Below are positions 1-9,768 of a stretch of 64,000 nt of DNA, in pieces (positions within the stretch are counted from its first letter, which is position 1; each line of letters starts with the position of its first letter). The position numbers were made by a program, and so were the translations under genes. Location: the IMG/VR virus record IMGVR_UViG_3300030098_004409, positions 1 to 64,000 of that record. One strand, given 5' to 3'. This DNA comes from a virus. The notes beneath the pieces are model-generated. The model saw only the letters and a program-made list of their open reading frames with translations. It did not search any database and had not been told where the DNA came from.

Positions 1-2
1 AA

Positions 3-404
3 GTGGTTGAGGTTGATCGCTCTAAGGTTGATAGCAATCGTAATAAACACTGTAGTGCAGGTCTTCATGTTGGAGCTATCGACTATGTTACCAGTTACGG
101 CGGTATCAGCTTAGACAACCATGACAGTAATGATAATGATGGTGGAAACCAGATCGTTATCTGCAAGGTCAACCCTGCTGATGTTGTCAGCGTACCGAGT
201 GATGCTAAATTCCAAAAGCTACGAGCCTGTCGTTATGAAGTGGTCGCAATTTTTGAGGATGTTTTTGATAAATCGGTTGAAGTTTTGGGTTCTACGGTTG
301 ATAATGTTAGTGTGGTAAAGTATAATGATGCTTGGAAAGAAGACATCCGTGTTCGACTTGAGCGTCTTTCATCTGTCCTCAAGGGACATAGTGTAGGAGT
401 TTAA
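3..404 (+). CDS. rIIB: rIIB-like protein, 3' part (truncated by window edge)
   Basis: CSAGLHV...KVNPADVVSVPSD...KLRACRYEVV matches the conserved C-terminus of T4-type RIIB. Confidence 0.8.
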   Translation: MVEVDRSKVDSNRNKHCSAGLHVGAIDYVTSYGGISLDNHDSNDNDGGNQIVICKVNPADVVSVPSDAKFQKLRACRYEVVAIFEDVFDKSVEVLGSTVDNVSVVKYNDAWKEDIRVRLERLSSVLKGHSVGV

Positions 405-405
405 C

Positions 406-1356
406 ATGAAGTACATAGTTACAGGTGGCGCAGGTTTTATCGGTAGTCATATCGTTGATAGGCTGATTGAGGATGGTAACGAGGTTATCTCGTTGGATAA
501 TGAGTCAGCGACATCTAATGAAGAATTTTATTGGAATCCAAAGGCTCAGAAGGCTGTCCTAGATATATGTGACTACGATAAAATTGAACCTCTTTTTAAG
601 GGGGTCAACTGCGTCTTCCATCTGGCGGCTGAGGCTCGTATTCAGCCAGCCATTAAGAATCCCTGCAAGGCATCAGCTACCAATGTTTTGGGAACCTGTA
701 ACGTACTTCAAGCCGCTAGGGAGAACGGTGTAGATCGTGTTATCTACTCATCTACATCGTCTGCCTACGGTTTAATTAACGATCCTCCACTAACAGAAGA
801 CATGCCAAACGACTGCCTTAACCCTTACTCAGTAACTAAGGTAGCAGGTGAAGACTTATGTAAAATGTATACTAATCTGTTTGGCTTGAAGACCGTTGTG
901 TTCAGATACTTCAACGTATATGGTGAACGCCAGCCAATCAAAGGGCAGTATGCTCCTGTTGTAGGAATCTTCCTTCGTCAGTTTGAAGATGGAGAACCTC
1001 TGACTATTGTTGGCGACGGAAACCAGAGGCGAGACTTCACATATGTAAAGGATGTTGTAGAAGCAAACATTCTCGCTGCCAACTCTGACAACGAAAGTTT
1101 GTTTGGTAAAACTATTAATATTGGTGTTGGTAATAATACTAGCGTTCTTGAGTTAGCGCAGATGATTGGATATAATTTCAAGCACCTGCCTGAGAGATTG
1201 GGTGAGGCTAGAATTACTCTCGCCGACATCAGCAATGCAAGAGAGCTTCTTGGCTGGGAGCCTACTACCGAACTAAGAGATTGGGTTTTATTACAAAAGG
1301 TTCAAGGTGAGACAATGACCGCCACTAACTTTTTGAGACAACAGAAGGATAGATGA
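406..1356 (+). CDS. NAD-dependent nucleotide-sugar epimerase/dehydratase (extended SDR)
   Basis: TGGAGFIGS Rossmann motif, YSVTK (YxxxK), RYFNVYG, RDFTYV. Confidence 0.92.
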   Translation: MKYIVTGGAGFIGSHIVDRLIEDGNEVISLDNESATSNEEFYWNPKAQKAVLDICDYDKIEPLFKGVNCVFHLAAEARIQPAIKNPCKASATNVLGTCNVLQAARENGVDRVIYSSTSSAYGLINDPPLTEDMPNDCLNPYSVTKVAGEDLCKMYTNLFGLKTVVFRYFNVYGERQPIKGQYAPVVGIFLRQFEDGEPLTIVGDGNQRRDFTYVKDVVEANILAANSDNESLFGKTINIGVGNNTSVLELAQMIGYNFKHLPERLGEARITLADISNARELLGWEPTTELRDWVLLQKVQGETMTATNFLRQQKDR

Positions 1357-1868
1357 TGCTTTTTCTTTTCGTTAATACCGGAAAATCATTTGGATATGGC
1401 GAGATATTCTTATTCGCATTTCTTTTTCCTACTTTCGTAGCTATTGTTTTCAATATTATTAGAGGTTCAACTGGTAGACTAACCACTGCTCCAGAACCAG
1501 AGCGAGACAATGAAGAAGTAGAAACTATTAGTTTTGCCTTTATGAACATGGAGTTTTCAGAGCCAGAGCCTAAGACATCTACCATAAAACTCACCAAAGA
1601 AGAGCAATGGAACGTAATAGCCGATGCTACTATGGAGAAGGCCATGCAGGGAGACAAGGCGGCTAGAGACTGGGTTACTAAGTATATATTCACTGATCCA
1701 GTTACACCAGACACTACAGTCAGCCCACTTATTGGTGACGCTGTAGATGCCCTCAAGCGAGCTGGGTACAAAGCCAGCGATGTAAGAAAGATTGCTAACC
1801 AGTTATGCTCTCAGAATGAGTACGCATCTCTGGAAGATTTGATACAAGATATTATCAAAAACTGTTGA
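1353..1868 (+). CDS. Membrane-anchored hypothetical protein with RuvA C-terminal-like helical domain
   Basis: N-terminal hydrophobic segment; DAVDALKRAGYKASDVRK resembles RuvA domain III. Confidence 0.55.
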   Translation: MMLFLFVNTGKSFGYGEIFLFAFLFPTFVAIVFNIIRGSTGRLTTAPEPERDNEEVETISFAFMNMEFSEPEPKTSTIKLTKEEQWNVIADATMEKAMQGDKAARDWVTKYIFTDPVTPDTTVSPLIGDAVDALKRAGYKASDVRKIANQLCSQNEYASLEDLIQDIIKNC

Positions 1869-1890
1869 TTTGTGTATAAGAGGTTGTACT

Positions 1891-2436
1891 ATGAATAGAC
1901 TTAAAAACTCGCTCTGCTACCTTTGTGGAGCTATGGATCGTGTTCAAGACGGTGGTGCTGGCTGGAGAGAAAACATAACTCCCAAATTAAAAAAAATGGG
2001 CGTTGGTGTACTCAATCCCTGCGACAAGCCAAGCGACTATGGTTTAGAGAATCAGGAGACTAGAGATTTGCTTGAAAGCCTGAAACGATCTGGAAGTTAC
2101 GATAAAGTCACGGAGTACATGAAACCTATTTGCGCGATTGATTTGCGTATGGTTGATATTGCCCACTTCATAGTAATGAGCATCGACGTTGATGCACACC
2201 TTTGCGGGTCATATCACGAAGCGGCTGTAGCCATTAGTCAAAAGAAGCCAGTCGTCGTAATGTGCAAGCAAGGAAAGAAAAACCTTCCAACTTGGATGTT
2301 TGGCGTTATTCCACATGAGATGGTGTTCTCAAATTGGAGTGAGGTTTTAGAATATTTGAATCACATAAATGAAGACGAAGATGCAAAGCATCAAAACAGA
2401 TGGCGATTTTTTGACTGGGAGAAAGTATATGTTTAG
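1891..2436 (+). CDS. Nucleoside 2-deoxyribosyltransferase-like protein
   Basis: YLCGAM...W...LNP...DLRMVD...GSYHE...KPV pattern of the NDT fold; ATG at 1891 after GAGG. Confidence 0.7.
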   Translation: MNRLKNSLCYLCGAMDRVQDGGAGWRENITPKLKKMGVGVLNPCDKPSDYGLENQETRDLLESLKRSGSYDKVTEYMKPICAIDLRMVDIAHFIVMSIDVDAHLCGSYHEAAVAISQKKPVVVMCKQGKKNLPTWMFGVIPHEMVFSNWSEVLEYLNHINEDEDAKHQNRWRFFDWEKVYV

Positions 2437-2602
2437 TTTCTATTGTAGGGCTTGCGATGAAGAAGTAGACTCGGAGGCGTGCAGGCTTGCAGATATAATT
2501 GAAACCGCAGGTGGTAGATTATATGTCTTTGAGTGTTGTGACTGTGGGGAGGTATCATCAAGTGAGCTATTACAGGAGTATGAATATGACCTCGAAAGAT
2601 AA
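2429..2602 (+). CDS. Small zinc-ribbon protein
   Basis: CRAC and CCDC pairs; ATG at 2429 overlaps the end of the upstream gene. Confidence 0.6.
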   Translation: MFSFYCRACDEEVDSEACRLADIIETAGGRLYVFECCDCGEVSSSELLQEYEYDLER

Positions 2603-3287
2603 TATTATAAGGGGCATCAATCAGGCCATGAGTGCAGAGATAGATTCTATAATCTACGATAAACCTCCTAGTGACAAAAATTCTAAAGTGTTGCAGAAGA
2701 AACCCAATCTACTTACTGTGGACTGGGAGAATGTATTGCCTGAGCCACCTAAGAATAGTTCAGATATAACACGCAGAGAGCTTGAACTTATTTCTGAGAT
2801 GACTAAGGAGCTTTCAGAAGAAGAGTATACTCTTGTCACTGAAGTCGATAAAGACCCGAATAATGTCTTCATGGGCTTGTTAAAGAGGTATGGGCTTCAA
2901 TTTCCAAAAGAAAAGTTCGATGAATTTTTCTTCAGTCAAGTCGATCCAGTAGTCACAAACCTGAAGTATAAGTTTAAGAGAGCCAGACCTTTTCAGTTAG
3001 CTGAAAAATATGGTATAGATATTAAAGTTACTGAGACTGAAACACACCATACACCAGCTTACCCATCTGGACACACAGCGTATGCGGCCTTCGCAGGCTC
3101 AATGCTTGCAACCCTTTACCCACAGCATACGTCAGAGTTCTACGAGCTTATAAACTTGGTTGGTAGAGCTAGAATTCTACAGGGAGTACACTACCCTTCA
3201 GATAACGATGCTTCTATGGTGATAGCATCTGTGCTATATGAAGATTTGAAATATGAGATATTTCCAGATATGAAAATTAGGGGGTGA
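2586..3287 (+). CDS. PAP2 / vanadium haloperoxidase-superfamily phosphatase
   Basis: KYKFKRARP, YPSGH and ARILQGVHYPSD are the three PAP2 motifs; AGGAG SD before ATG 2586. Confidence 0.85.
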   Translation: MTSKDNIIRGINQAMSAEIDSIIYDKPPSDKNSKVLQKKPNLLTVDWENVLPEPPKNSSDITRRELELISEMTKELSEEEYTLVTEVDKDPNNVFMGLLKRYGLQFPKEKFDEFFFSQVDPVVTNLKYKFKRARPFQLAEKYGIDIKVTETETHHTPAYPSGHTAYAAFAGSMLATLYPQHTSEFYELINLVGRARILQGVHYPSDNDASMVIASVLYEDLKYEIFPDMKIRG

Positions 3288-3622
3288 ATTGGAATCGACC
3301 AGTAATAAAGTTATTAATCGCATGTAGTAGTTGAACGAATGGCTACTTAAAAAATCGTTCTCATTTTTTTTAAGTGTAGAAGAGAATTTCGCACTAGCCG
3401 CTTAATGCGGCAGGGGTATCACAGCCCTGTAAACCAAATAGTGATGACGCAGATAATTCCGCTAGAGTATATATACTTGAACTAAATATATATGATAACA
3501 ATAATTTGTTTGACTCCGATAATTCGGATAGCCTAGTATAGTGGGCGATAATAATTATACTAAACATGTAGAAGTTAATAATAATATTATGTGGCACGCG
3601 GGTTCAAATCCCGCCACCTCCA
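3280..3622 (+). ncRNA. ssrA: tmRNA, tag peptide (A)VEENFALAA
   Basis: 5' GGGGGTG pairs with 3' CACCTCC-A including the G3:U alanine determinant; T-arm GCGGG-TTCAAAT-CCCGC at 3598-3614; tag ORF at 3376-3405 after TAAGT, ending ALAA-TAA; CCA not encoded. Confidence 0.95.
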
Positions 3623-3760
3623 CTTAGTAATTATACTATCTTTTTATTTTGTCTCGCACAAACAAGCTTGATCATGGTTTGGGGCGCGAGCCAGCTAAAA
3701 CGTGTGTTTTTTCTTTTGGTTACGTCTAGAATATTGAGTAAGTTTTTTTTTGAGGTTGCA

Positions 3761-4630
3761 ATGAACGATATACATATATTTATCATAGATCAAGGTTTCA
3801 AAACCGATACAGTCGCAACGGCTAATGGATTTGAATACTGCGTAGATGCAATACATAGACAAGCTAAAACTCTTGGCATTTCTTATGAGCTAGATGTAGT
3901 AAATAAGAATGAGCTTCCCACTAAGGTTTCCTCCAAGATGGTTTCTGTCTTTATGGATAACACGATGATAAATAATAGATACTTGTTATCAGCCATTTCT
4001 ATAAATAATCTGTATCCAAAGTTTAGCCTCATGTCAGGGGAAATATCAACTCTATTTACTTCATTTCCTGACGATATATTTTTAGTCAAAACGATGGATT
4101 ATTTCAGATGCTATAAGATTGACCACGTTGAATCAAATCTTATATGTGATATAAGCAAAGAAAAAGAAAACTTGCCGCCGGCGTATAATATAACAATAAA
4201 CTCGTCTGCCTACAACCAGTATGGCGGTTATTCTTTTATTGACACTCCACGACGCAGTATAATTGATAATGTAGAGTTTGTATCAAATAGCGCAAAATTG
4301 GGTAACGCAATATACTTTGATGGCCTTTCAACAAAGAGCATATTAAAATCAGAGGACATAAGTATAAAGTTAGTATGCAGGTATTTTTACAATCTTGGCT
4401 ACTTGGCGGCTCTAAGAACAAAGTCAGAAGACGAACCTCAATATGAAAGAGTCTGGAAACAGTTTGTCGAGACTCCTGAGTGTTTGGATCATAGAGTTAT
4501 GGGAAGACTTGCCTTTGACAATACCATACCGGAACAATATAAAAAGCAGTACTCAGAGAATGTTGCTATGGTTAGATGCTCCTATCAATGCGGTATGCTT
4601 GAGGGTCTTTCTGGCGTAACGATATTATGA
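3761..4630 (+). CDS. Hypothetical protein (possibly degenerate glycosyltransferase)
   Basis: Long ORF, GAGG SD before ATG 3761, glyco-gene context. Confidence 0.6.
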   Translation: MNDIHIFIIDQGFKTDTVATANGFEYCVDAIHRQAKTLGISYELDVVNKNELPTKVSSKMVSVFMDNTMINNRYLLSAISINNLYPKFSLMSGEISTLFTSFPDDIFLVKTMDYFRCYKIDHVESNLICDISKEKENLPPAYNITINSSAYNQYGGYSFIDTPRRSIIDNVEFVSNSAKLGNAIYFDGLSTKSILKSEDISIKLVCRYFYNLGYLAALRTKSEDEPQYERVWKQFVETPECLDHRVMGRLAFDNTIPEQYKKQYSENVAMVRCSYQCGMLEGLSGVTIL

Positions 4631-5589
4631 TTTCATTAAACCTTTCCTCTTGTTATGCATTCGAGAGACATCGAAGCGGATGGGGTTATTGCATCAACTC
4701 TCTTATGCCACATCATTCGCTATATGGGATTCATGTTGATGGCTTTTTAGAACATAACTTTTCTTGGCATGTCGAAAGCTATCTTTATGACGGAGCTAAA
4801 AAAATACCTTACGAATTTCCGTGGATAGGATTTTTACATAATCCCCCTAACCCTCCATCTTGGTATGATGTGTATAATTCACCAAAGGCCATATTCAATA
4901 GAGATGTTTTTAAATACTCTTTACGCTTCTGCAAAGCCATAGTAACGCTGTCTAACTATCTTGCTGACTGGGTAAAGTCTGTTTGTAGTGTTCCGGTAGT
5001 GTCAGTTAAACATCCAACACAAACGAACTGTATAAAATGGAACCCTGAAATGTTTTTACGAGAAGAAAAGCCAAGCATTCTACAGGTAGGCTACTGGCTT
5101 AGAAAACCTGACTCCATATGTCGGTTAAAATCTCCGTATCCATACGTTAAGAAGTGGCTACCTAGCGACAATGAATATGCCATGAAAATATTAGAGTTTT
5201 ATAATAGAACAAATCCTTCTTACTTTCAAGAAAAATACAACTGGTCTGGAGTAGAGATACTAGACTGGCTATCCAATGATGACTACGATAAAATGCTAAC
5301 ATCTGGAATTGTGTTTTTAGACCTTTATGACAGTTCAGCAAACAATGCTGTAATCGAATGTATCGCAAGAAACACACCCTTGCTTGTAAACAGGCACCCA
5401 GCAATCGTTGAATACTGTGGAGAGGACTACCCTTTATATTTTGAAAACTTAGATCATGCCGCAAGCATCTTACACGATAGGGAATTGATAATCAGCGCAC
5501 ATGAGTACTTCAAAAATATGAATAAGCGATGGATTAACGGTAGTTATTTTGCACATGATTTAACCACAAAACTAGCGGACGTGTTATGA
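4627..5589 (+). CDS. Putative glycosyltransferase-like (GT-B) protein
   Basis: C-terminal SANNAVIECIARNTPLLVN resembles the GT-B donor-binding helix; N-terminal HRSGW. Confidence 0.5.
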   Translation: MISLNLSSCYAFERHRSGWGYCINSLMPHHSLYGIHVDGFLEHNFSWHVESYLYDGAKKIPYEFPWIGFLHNPPNPPSWYDVYNSPKAIFNRDVFKYSLRFCKAIVTLSNYLADWVKSVCSVPVVSVKHPTQTNCIKWNPEMFLREEKPSILQVGYWLRKPDSICRLKSPYPYVKKWLPSDNEYAMKILEFYNRTNPSYFQEKYNWSGVEILDWLSNDDYDKMLTSGIVFLDLYDSSANNAVIECIARNTPLLVNRHPAIVEYCGEDYPLYFENLDHAASILHDRELIISAHEYFKNMNKRWINGSYFAHDLTTKLADVL

Positions 5590-6212
5590 GTATAGAGAGC
5601 AACTTAGATCATAAGAGACAGTTAGCTTTTATAGCGATACCAAAAAATGCGTCTTTGTCAATTACCACCGCACTTCAAGGTAGTTCAACACCAGTTTATT
5701 TCCACAAGCCATATGTTGACATTGCTTCTAATTTGGACTATCTGAATTTAGACTACAAAAAATTTTGTGTTTGCAGGAATCCTTATGATAGAATTTTTTC
5801 AGCATACTCGTTTATGCTAAGAGGGGAACTTGTTTACGTAGAGGATATAGAATTTTCAGAACAGGTAAAACAGTTCGCAGATTTTAACGAGTTTGTCATA
5901 GAGTACTTGTCGTTACAGGAGCCCACACCGTGCCAAGTTGTAGATGTACGTGAGACAAATATGAAAACCACTCTTCACTTCCTGCCTCAATCAAACTGGG
6001 TCTGTGATCACAATTATGAACTCTTTCAGGATATAAAGATATATAGGTATGAGCGCCTACAAGAATTAGAAGAAGATCTTGAAATCCTATTGCCGCCTGA
6101 TTGTAATAGCTCATATAAGCCCAATTATTTAGATGTGTACAATGAGCAGTCCAAAGATATAATATATAGTATGTATAAATATGACTTTGTTAATTTCGGC
6201 TACGAAAGATGA
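5586..6212 (+). CDS. Sulfotransferase family 2 (carbohydrate sulfotransferase-like)
   Basis: IPKNAS (5'-PSB), RNPYDRIFSAY (3'-PB), HFLPQ, YxxDFxxFGY C-terminus. Confidence 0.85.
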   Translation: MSIESNLDHKRQLAFIAIPKNASLSITTALQGSSTPVYFHKPYVDIASNLDYLNLDYKKFCVCRNPYDRIFSAYSFMLRGELVYVEDIEFSEQVKQFADFNEFVIEYLSLQEPTPCQVVDVRETNMKTTLHFLPQSNWVCDHNYELFQDIKIYRYERLQELEEDLEILLPPDCNSSYKPNYLDVYNEQSKDIIYSMYKYDFVNFGYER

Positions 6213-8647
6213 ATGAAAAACATTATTGCACAAGACCCTTTGAATTTTTTGAAGTGTACGACGACGGTAGAGTTAGTTGCTGCTGCCCGTCTTGGATCAA
6301 TAATTATGAAATTGGCAGCATAAAAGACAAGTCAGTAGAAGAAGTATGGAACAGCGAGGAAGCTCAGGAACTAAGAAGATCAATCCTTGATGGTTCTTAC
6401 AGGTATTGCAACAGAGAGGTATGTCCGCACTTAGAAACAAAGACTCACTGCGTTCAGACTCTTTATCAGATAGGAAATACTAATAGCGATAGAGGTTGGA
6501 ATCTTATACATGACGATATCATTCAAGGTAAAACAAAGCTAGATCACACACCGCTAGATATAAACTTTGGGTACGATAGATCCTGTAATCTCGAATGTCC
6601 CTCGTGTAGATTAGAGCTAATCATGGAGTCTGGCAAAAAACGTGAGCAGATTTTAAATATACAAGATAAGCTAAAAAAAGAAGCCTTCCAAAATGCGAAA
6701 TCTTTTTGTATTACAGGTTCTGGAGATGCTTTCGCTAGCCCTATTTTCAGAAACCTTCTTCGCACACTGAAAAAAGAAGACGCTCCAAATCTAGAGACGA
6801 TTCAGATATTGACAAATGGACTTTTGATGAAGAGATGTTGGGATTCTTTGAGTGACTACTCAAAAGAAAAAATAAAGCACATTTCTGTATCTATTGATGC
6901 CGCCACTGAAGAAACATATAAGATCGTAAGAAAGGGTGGCGATTGGAATCTTCTTTTAGAAAATTTGCAATTTGCACAGGAGCTTCGGGTCACTGGACAG
7001 ATATTAACTTTAAATACAAGTTTTGTTGTCCAAAACGACAATCTCTCTGAGATGCTTGACTTTATAGAACTTTGCGATAAGTATTCTGTTGACTGCATTC
7101 AATTCCAAACCTATGAGCCTGATTTTCTTGCACCTACTCCAGATTTTTTTGAAGACTGGTTTTACAGATCAGTTCAAGAAAAGAAGCATCCTAGACATCA
7201 AGAGTTGCTTGATATTCTTTTTAATGGCGATTTGAGTAAACATGTTAGCGCGCATCAGAACCACACCACCGATTTTACACACGTAAACTTAGGTGGACTA
7301 TTCAACTTGCTAAACAATGTAGATATTTCACAACTAGAAGACAACCTTGAAAAATATGGGTATAAAGAAGTTTTTTATAATGATAAACTTCACTTTGTAA
7401 ATAGAAATGATATTAAGAGTATTCATGGAACTGACTCCATTACAAATGGCAGACTGAATGTCATATGGAACGGAGAAGAGTGGGTCGATCTTGAATCCTA
7501 CAATTTATTCAGAGAAAAAAAACAAACTATAGTAGAGGACATTCATGAGGACATTGACAATAGTTCTTTGACTACAGTAGAGACCTCTGGACTGTTCTGC
7601 GAACAGCCTTTTAGTAACTTTGAAGTCGATGAACACGGTAATGTCAGAACCTGCTGTTCCTACTGGATGAACGAGAAGATTGGGAATATACATGATTCCT
7701 CCATAGGTGAGATATTGAATTCTGATATAGCAAAAAAAATAAGAGGCTCTATACTGGATGGCTCATTCAGTTATTGCAATAAAAAGGCTTGTCCGAGACT
7801 TCAAAATATTGACAGTCTGCCGAATATAGATGAAGTAGACTGGGAGCCATTTAAGACTATAATCGAAAATAAAACAGTTCATATGGATGCAATTAAGCAT
7901 GTCAATTTTTTATGGGACGATTCCTGCAATCTACAATGTCCTAGTTGCAGGATAAGCTCAATAGTCCACACTTCAGGGAAAAAATATGATGATGCTCTAG
8001 CTATACAAAATAAGATAATGGATTTCATCTTAAATAAGCAACCTAAAGATGAAACATCGCTAAACATTACTGGTTCTGGCGACCCGTTTGGCTCAAAAGT
8101 TTTTAGGGACTTTTTAATAAACTTTAATGGAGAAGAACATTCAGAAATAAAGTTAAACCTACAGACAAACGGAGTTATGCTGACTGAAAAAATGTGGAAC
8201 ATGCTACATAAGTGTCATAAGAATATCAATCAGGTGGTCGTTTCTATCGACGCTGCTACCAAAGAAACTTATGATAAGATACGTGTAGGAGGTAACTGGG
8301 ACTTGCTAATGAAGAACATAGAAATGTTATCAAAATTAAGGCTTGAGGGTAAAATTAATATACTTAGGATCGACTCGGTAGTACAGAAGAACAATTACAA
8401 AGAGATGCCTGCATGCGTTGAGTTAGCCAACTCATTAGATGGCGTTGACAAAATGAATTTTTCAATCGTGACAGACTGGGGAACTTGGAAACGTGAAGTT
8501 TTTGAAGACCATGCCGTGTGGATGGAAGGCAATAAGTTACACAAGGACTTCTTGAATGTTTTAGATAACGACATTTTTGATGGCGATAAAGTTGACCTTG
8601 GAAATGTTTATCATTATTACAAAATAGCTAGGAGCAAAGATGATTAA
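6209..8647 (+). CDS. Tandem double SPASM/twitch + radical SAM protein
   Basis: Two CxxxCxxC motifs (CNLECPSC, CNLQCPSC), each preceded by a CxxPF...CC...IGxI Fe-S domain. Confidence 0.88.
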   Translation: MNEKHYCTRPFEFFEVYDDGRVSCCCPSWINNYEIGSIKDKSVEEVWNSEEAQELRRSILDGSYRYCNREVCPHLETKTHCVQTLYQIGNTNSDRGWNLIHDDIIQGKTKLDHTPLDINFGYDRSCNLECPSCRLELIMESGKKREQILNIQDKLKKEAFQNAKSFCITGSGDAFASPIFRNLLRTLKKEDAPNLETIQILTNGLLMKRCWDSLSDYSKEKIKHISVSIDAATEETYKIVRKGGDWNLLLENLQFAQELRVTGQILTLNTSFVVQNDNLSEMLDFIELCDKYSVDCIQFQTYEPDFLAPTPDFFEDWFYRSVQEKKHPRHQELLDILFNGDLSKHVSAHQNHTTDFTHVNLGGLFNLLNNVDISQLEDNLEKYGYKEVFYNDKLHFVNRNDIKSIHGTDSITNGRLNVIWNGEEWVDLESYNLFREKKQTIVEDIHEDIDNSSLTTVETSGLFCEQPFSNFEVDEHGNVRTCCSYWMNEKIGNIHDSSIGEILNSDIAKKIRGSILDGSFSYCNKKACPRLQNIDSLPNIDEVDWEPFKTIIENKTVHMDAIKHVNFLWDDSCNLQCPSCRISSIVHTSGKKYDDALAIQNKIMDFILNKQPKDETSLNITGSGDPFGSKVFRDFLINFNGEEHSEIKLNLQTNGVMLTEKMWNMLHKCHKNINQVVVSIDAATKETYDKIRVGGNWDLLMKNIEMLSKLRLEGKINILRIDSVVQKNNYKEMPACVELANSLDGVDKMNFSIVTDWGTWKREVFEDHAVWMEGNKLHKDFLNVLDNDIFDGDKVDLGNVYHYYKIARSKDD

Positions 8648-9695
8648 TATTACAGCACCTATAAACACTTTAGGTTATGGCATAGCAAGCTACAATATAA
8701 TTAAAAGCCTTGTGACTTTGGGCGAGAACGTCAACTACTATCCTATTGGTTCACCCGAATTTCCGGGGCAGTCCATGGAGATTCTAGACGCTATAAAGGT
8801 TAATGATATAAGCCTTAAATCGCCTTCTGTTAAGATATGGCATCAAAATGATGTACATCATCATATTGGCAAAGGCATACACGTATCGTTTCCTATATTT
8901 GAGCTGGATAGATTTTCAGACCAAGAAGTAAAAAGCCTCAGTCACAACGATAGAATATTTGTGTGTTCAAAATGGGCTAAAGCTATTATTGAAAAATGTG
9001 GGATTCCTGTCCCTGTTCATGTAGTACCTTTGGGTGTAGACACAGAAACTTTTAGTCCGACTCCAGTCTCGGCTAGACCAAAGACTATATTTTTCAACTG
9101 CGGCAAATGGGAAGTTAGAAAAGGTCATGATGTACTAGCTCAATGTTTTAATGACGCATTTGAACATGATGACGATGTAGAGCTTTGGATGATGTGCCAG
9201 AATCCATTTTACTCAGCAGAACAACAAAGTCAGTGGGAAAGACTTTACAAAAATTCCAAGCTTGGAGACAAAATAAGAATAATACCGAGACAAAATACTC
9301 ATCAGGATGTTTATAATATAATGAAGCAGGCTGACTGCGGAGTGTTTCCAGCTAGAGCAGAAGGATGGAACTTAGAGCTTTTAGAGATGATGGCCTGCGG
9401 GAAACATGTAATAGCTACTAACTACTCCGCACATACTGAGTTTTGCAATGAGCAGAATAGCATGCTGATTGATATTAAATCTCTTGAAGCTGCGCAAGAC
9501 GGAGTGTGGTTTAATGGGCAAGGCGCTTGGGCTTCTTTGGATAACGACTGCATAGAGCAAATAGTAAACCATATGAGACACGTTCACACAATGAAAAAAT
9601 CAGGAAGCTTGGGGCAGAATGTAGACGGTATTTATACATCTAGAGAGTTTTCTTGGGAAAACTCAGCTAAAAAATTTCTAGATGGGCTAAAATAA
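8640..9695 (+). CDS. Glycosyltransferase family 4 (GT-B)
   Basis: GKWEVRKG and EGWNLELLEMMACGK (ExxxxxxxE motif). Confidence 0.88.
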   Translation: MINITAPINTLGYGIASYNIIKSLVTLGENVNYYPIGSPEFPGQSMEILDAIKVNDISLKSPSVKIWHQNDVHHHIGKGIHVSFPIFELDRFSDQEVKSLSHNDRIFVCSKWAKAIIEKCGIPVPVHVVPLGVDTETFSPTPVSARPKTIFFNCGKWEVRKGHDVLAQCFNDAFEHDDDVELWMMCQNPFYSAEQQSQWERLYKNSKLGDKIRIIPRQNTHQDVYNIMKQADCGVFPARAEGWNLELLEMMACGKHVIATNYSAHTEFCNEQNSMLIDIKSLEAAQDGVWFNGQGAWASLDNDCIEQIVNHMRHVHTMKKSGSLGQNVDGIYTSREFSWENSAKKFLDGLK

Positions 9696-9697
9696 CT

Positions 9698-9756
9698 TTG
9701 CAAATGCATGGCGTACATGCTAGAATATTTGCAGTGACCAAGAATCTATTTATAAT
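9698..9756 (+). promoter_or_regulatory. Two tandem sigma70-type promoters
   Basis: TTGCAA(9698)-17-TAGAAT(9721) with extended TG; TTGCAG(9729)-16-TATAAT(9751). Confidence 0.65.
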
Positions 9757-9768
9757 AGGAGAAAGAAA

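Noticed and set aside
3590-3625. Stand-alone tRNA
   Set aside because: The T-arm and acceptor strand belong to the tmRNA; there is no anticodon arm
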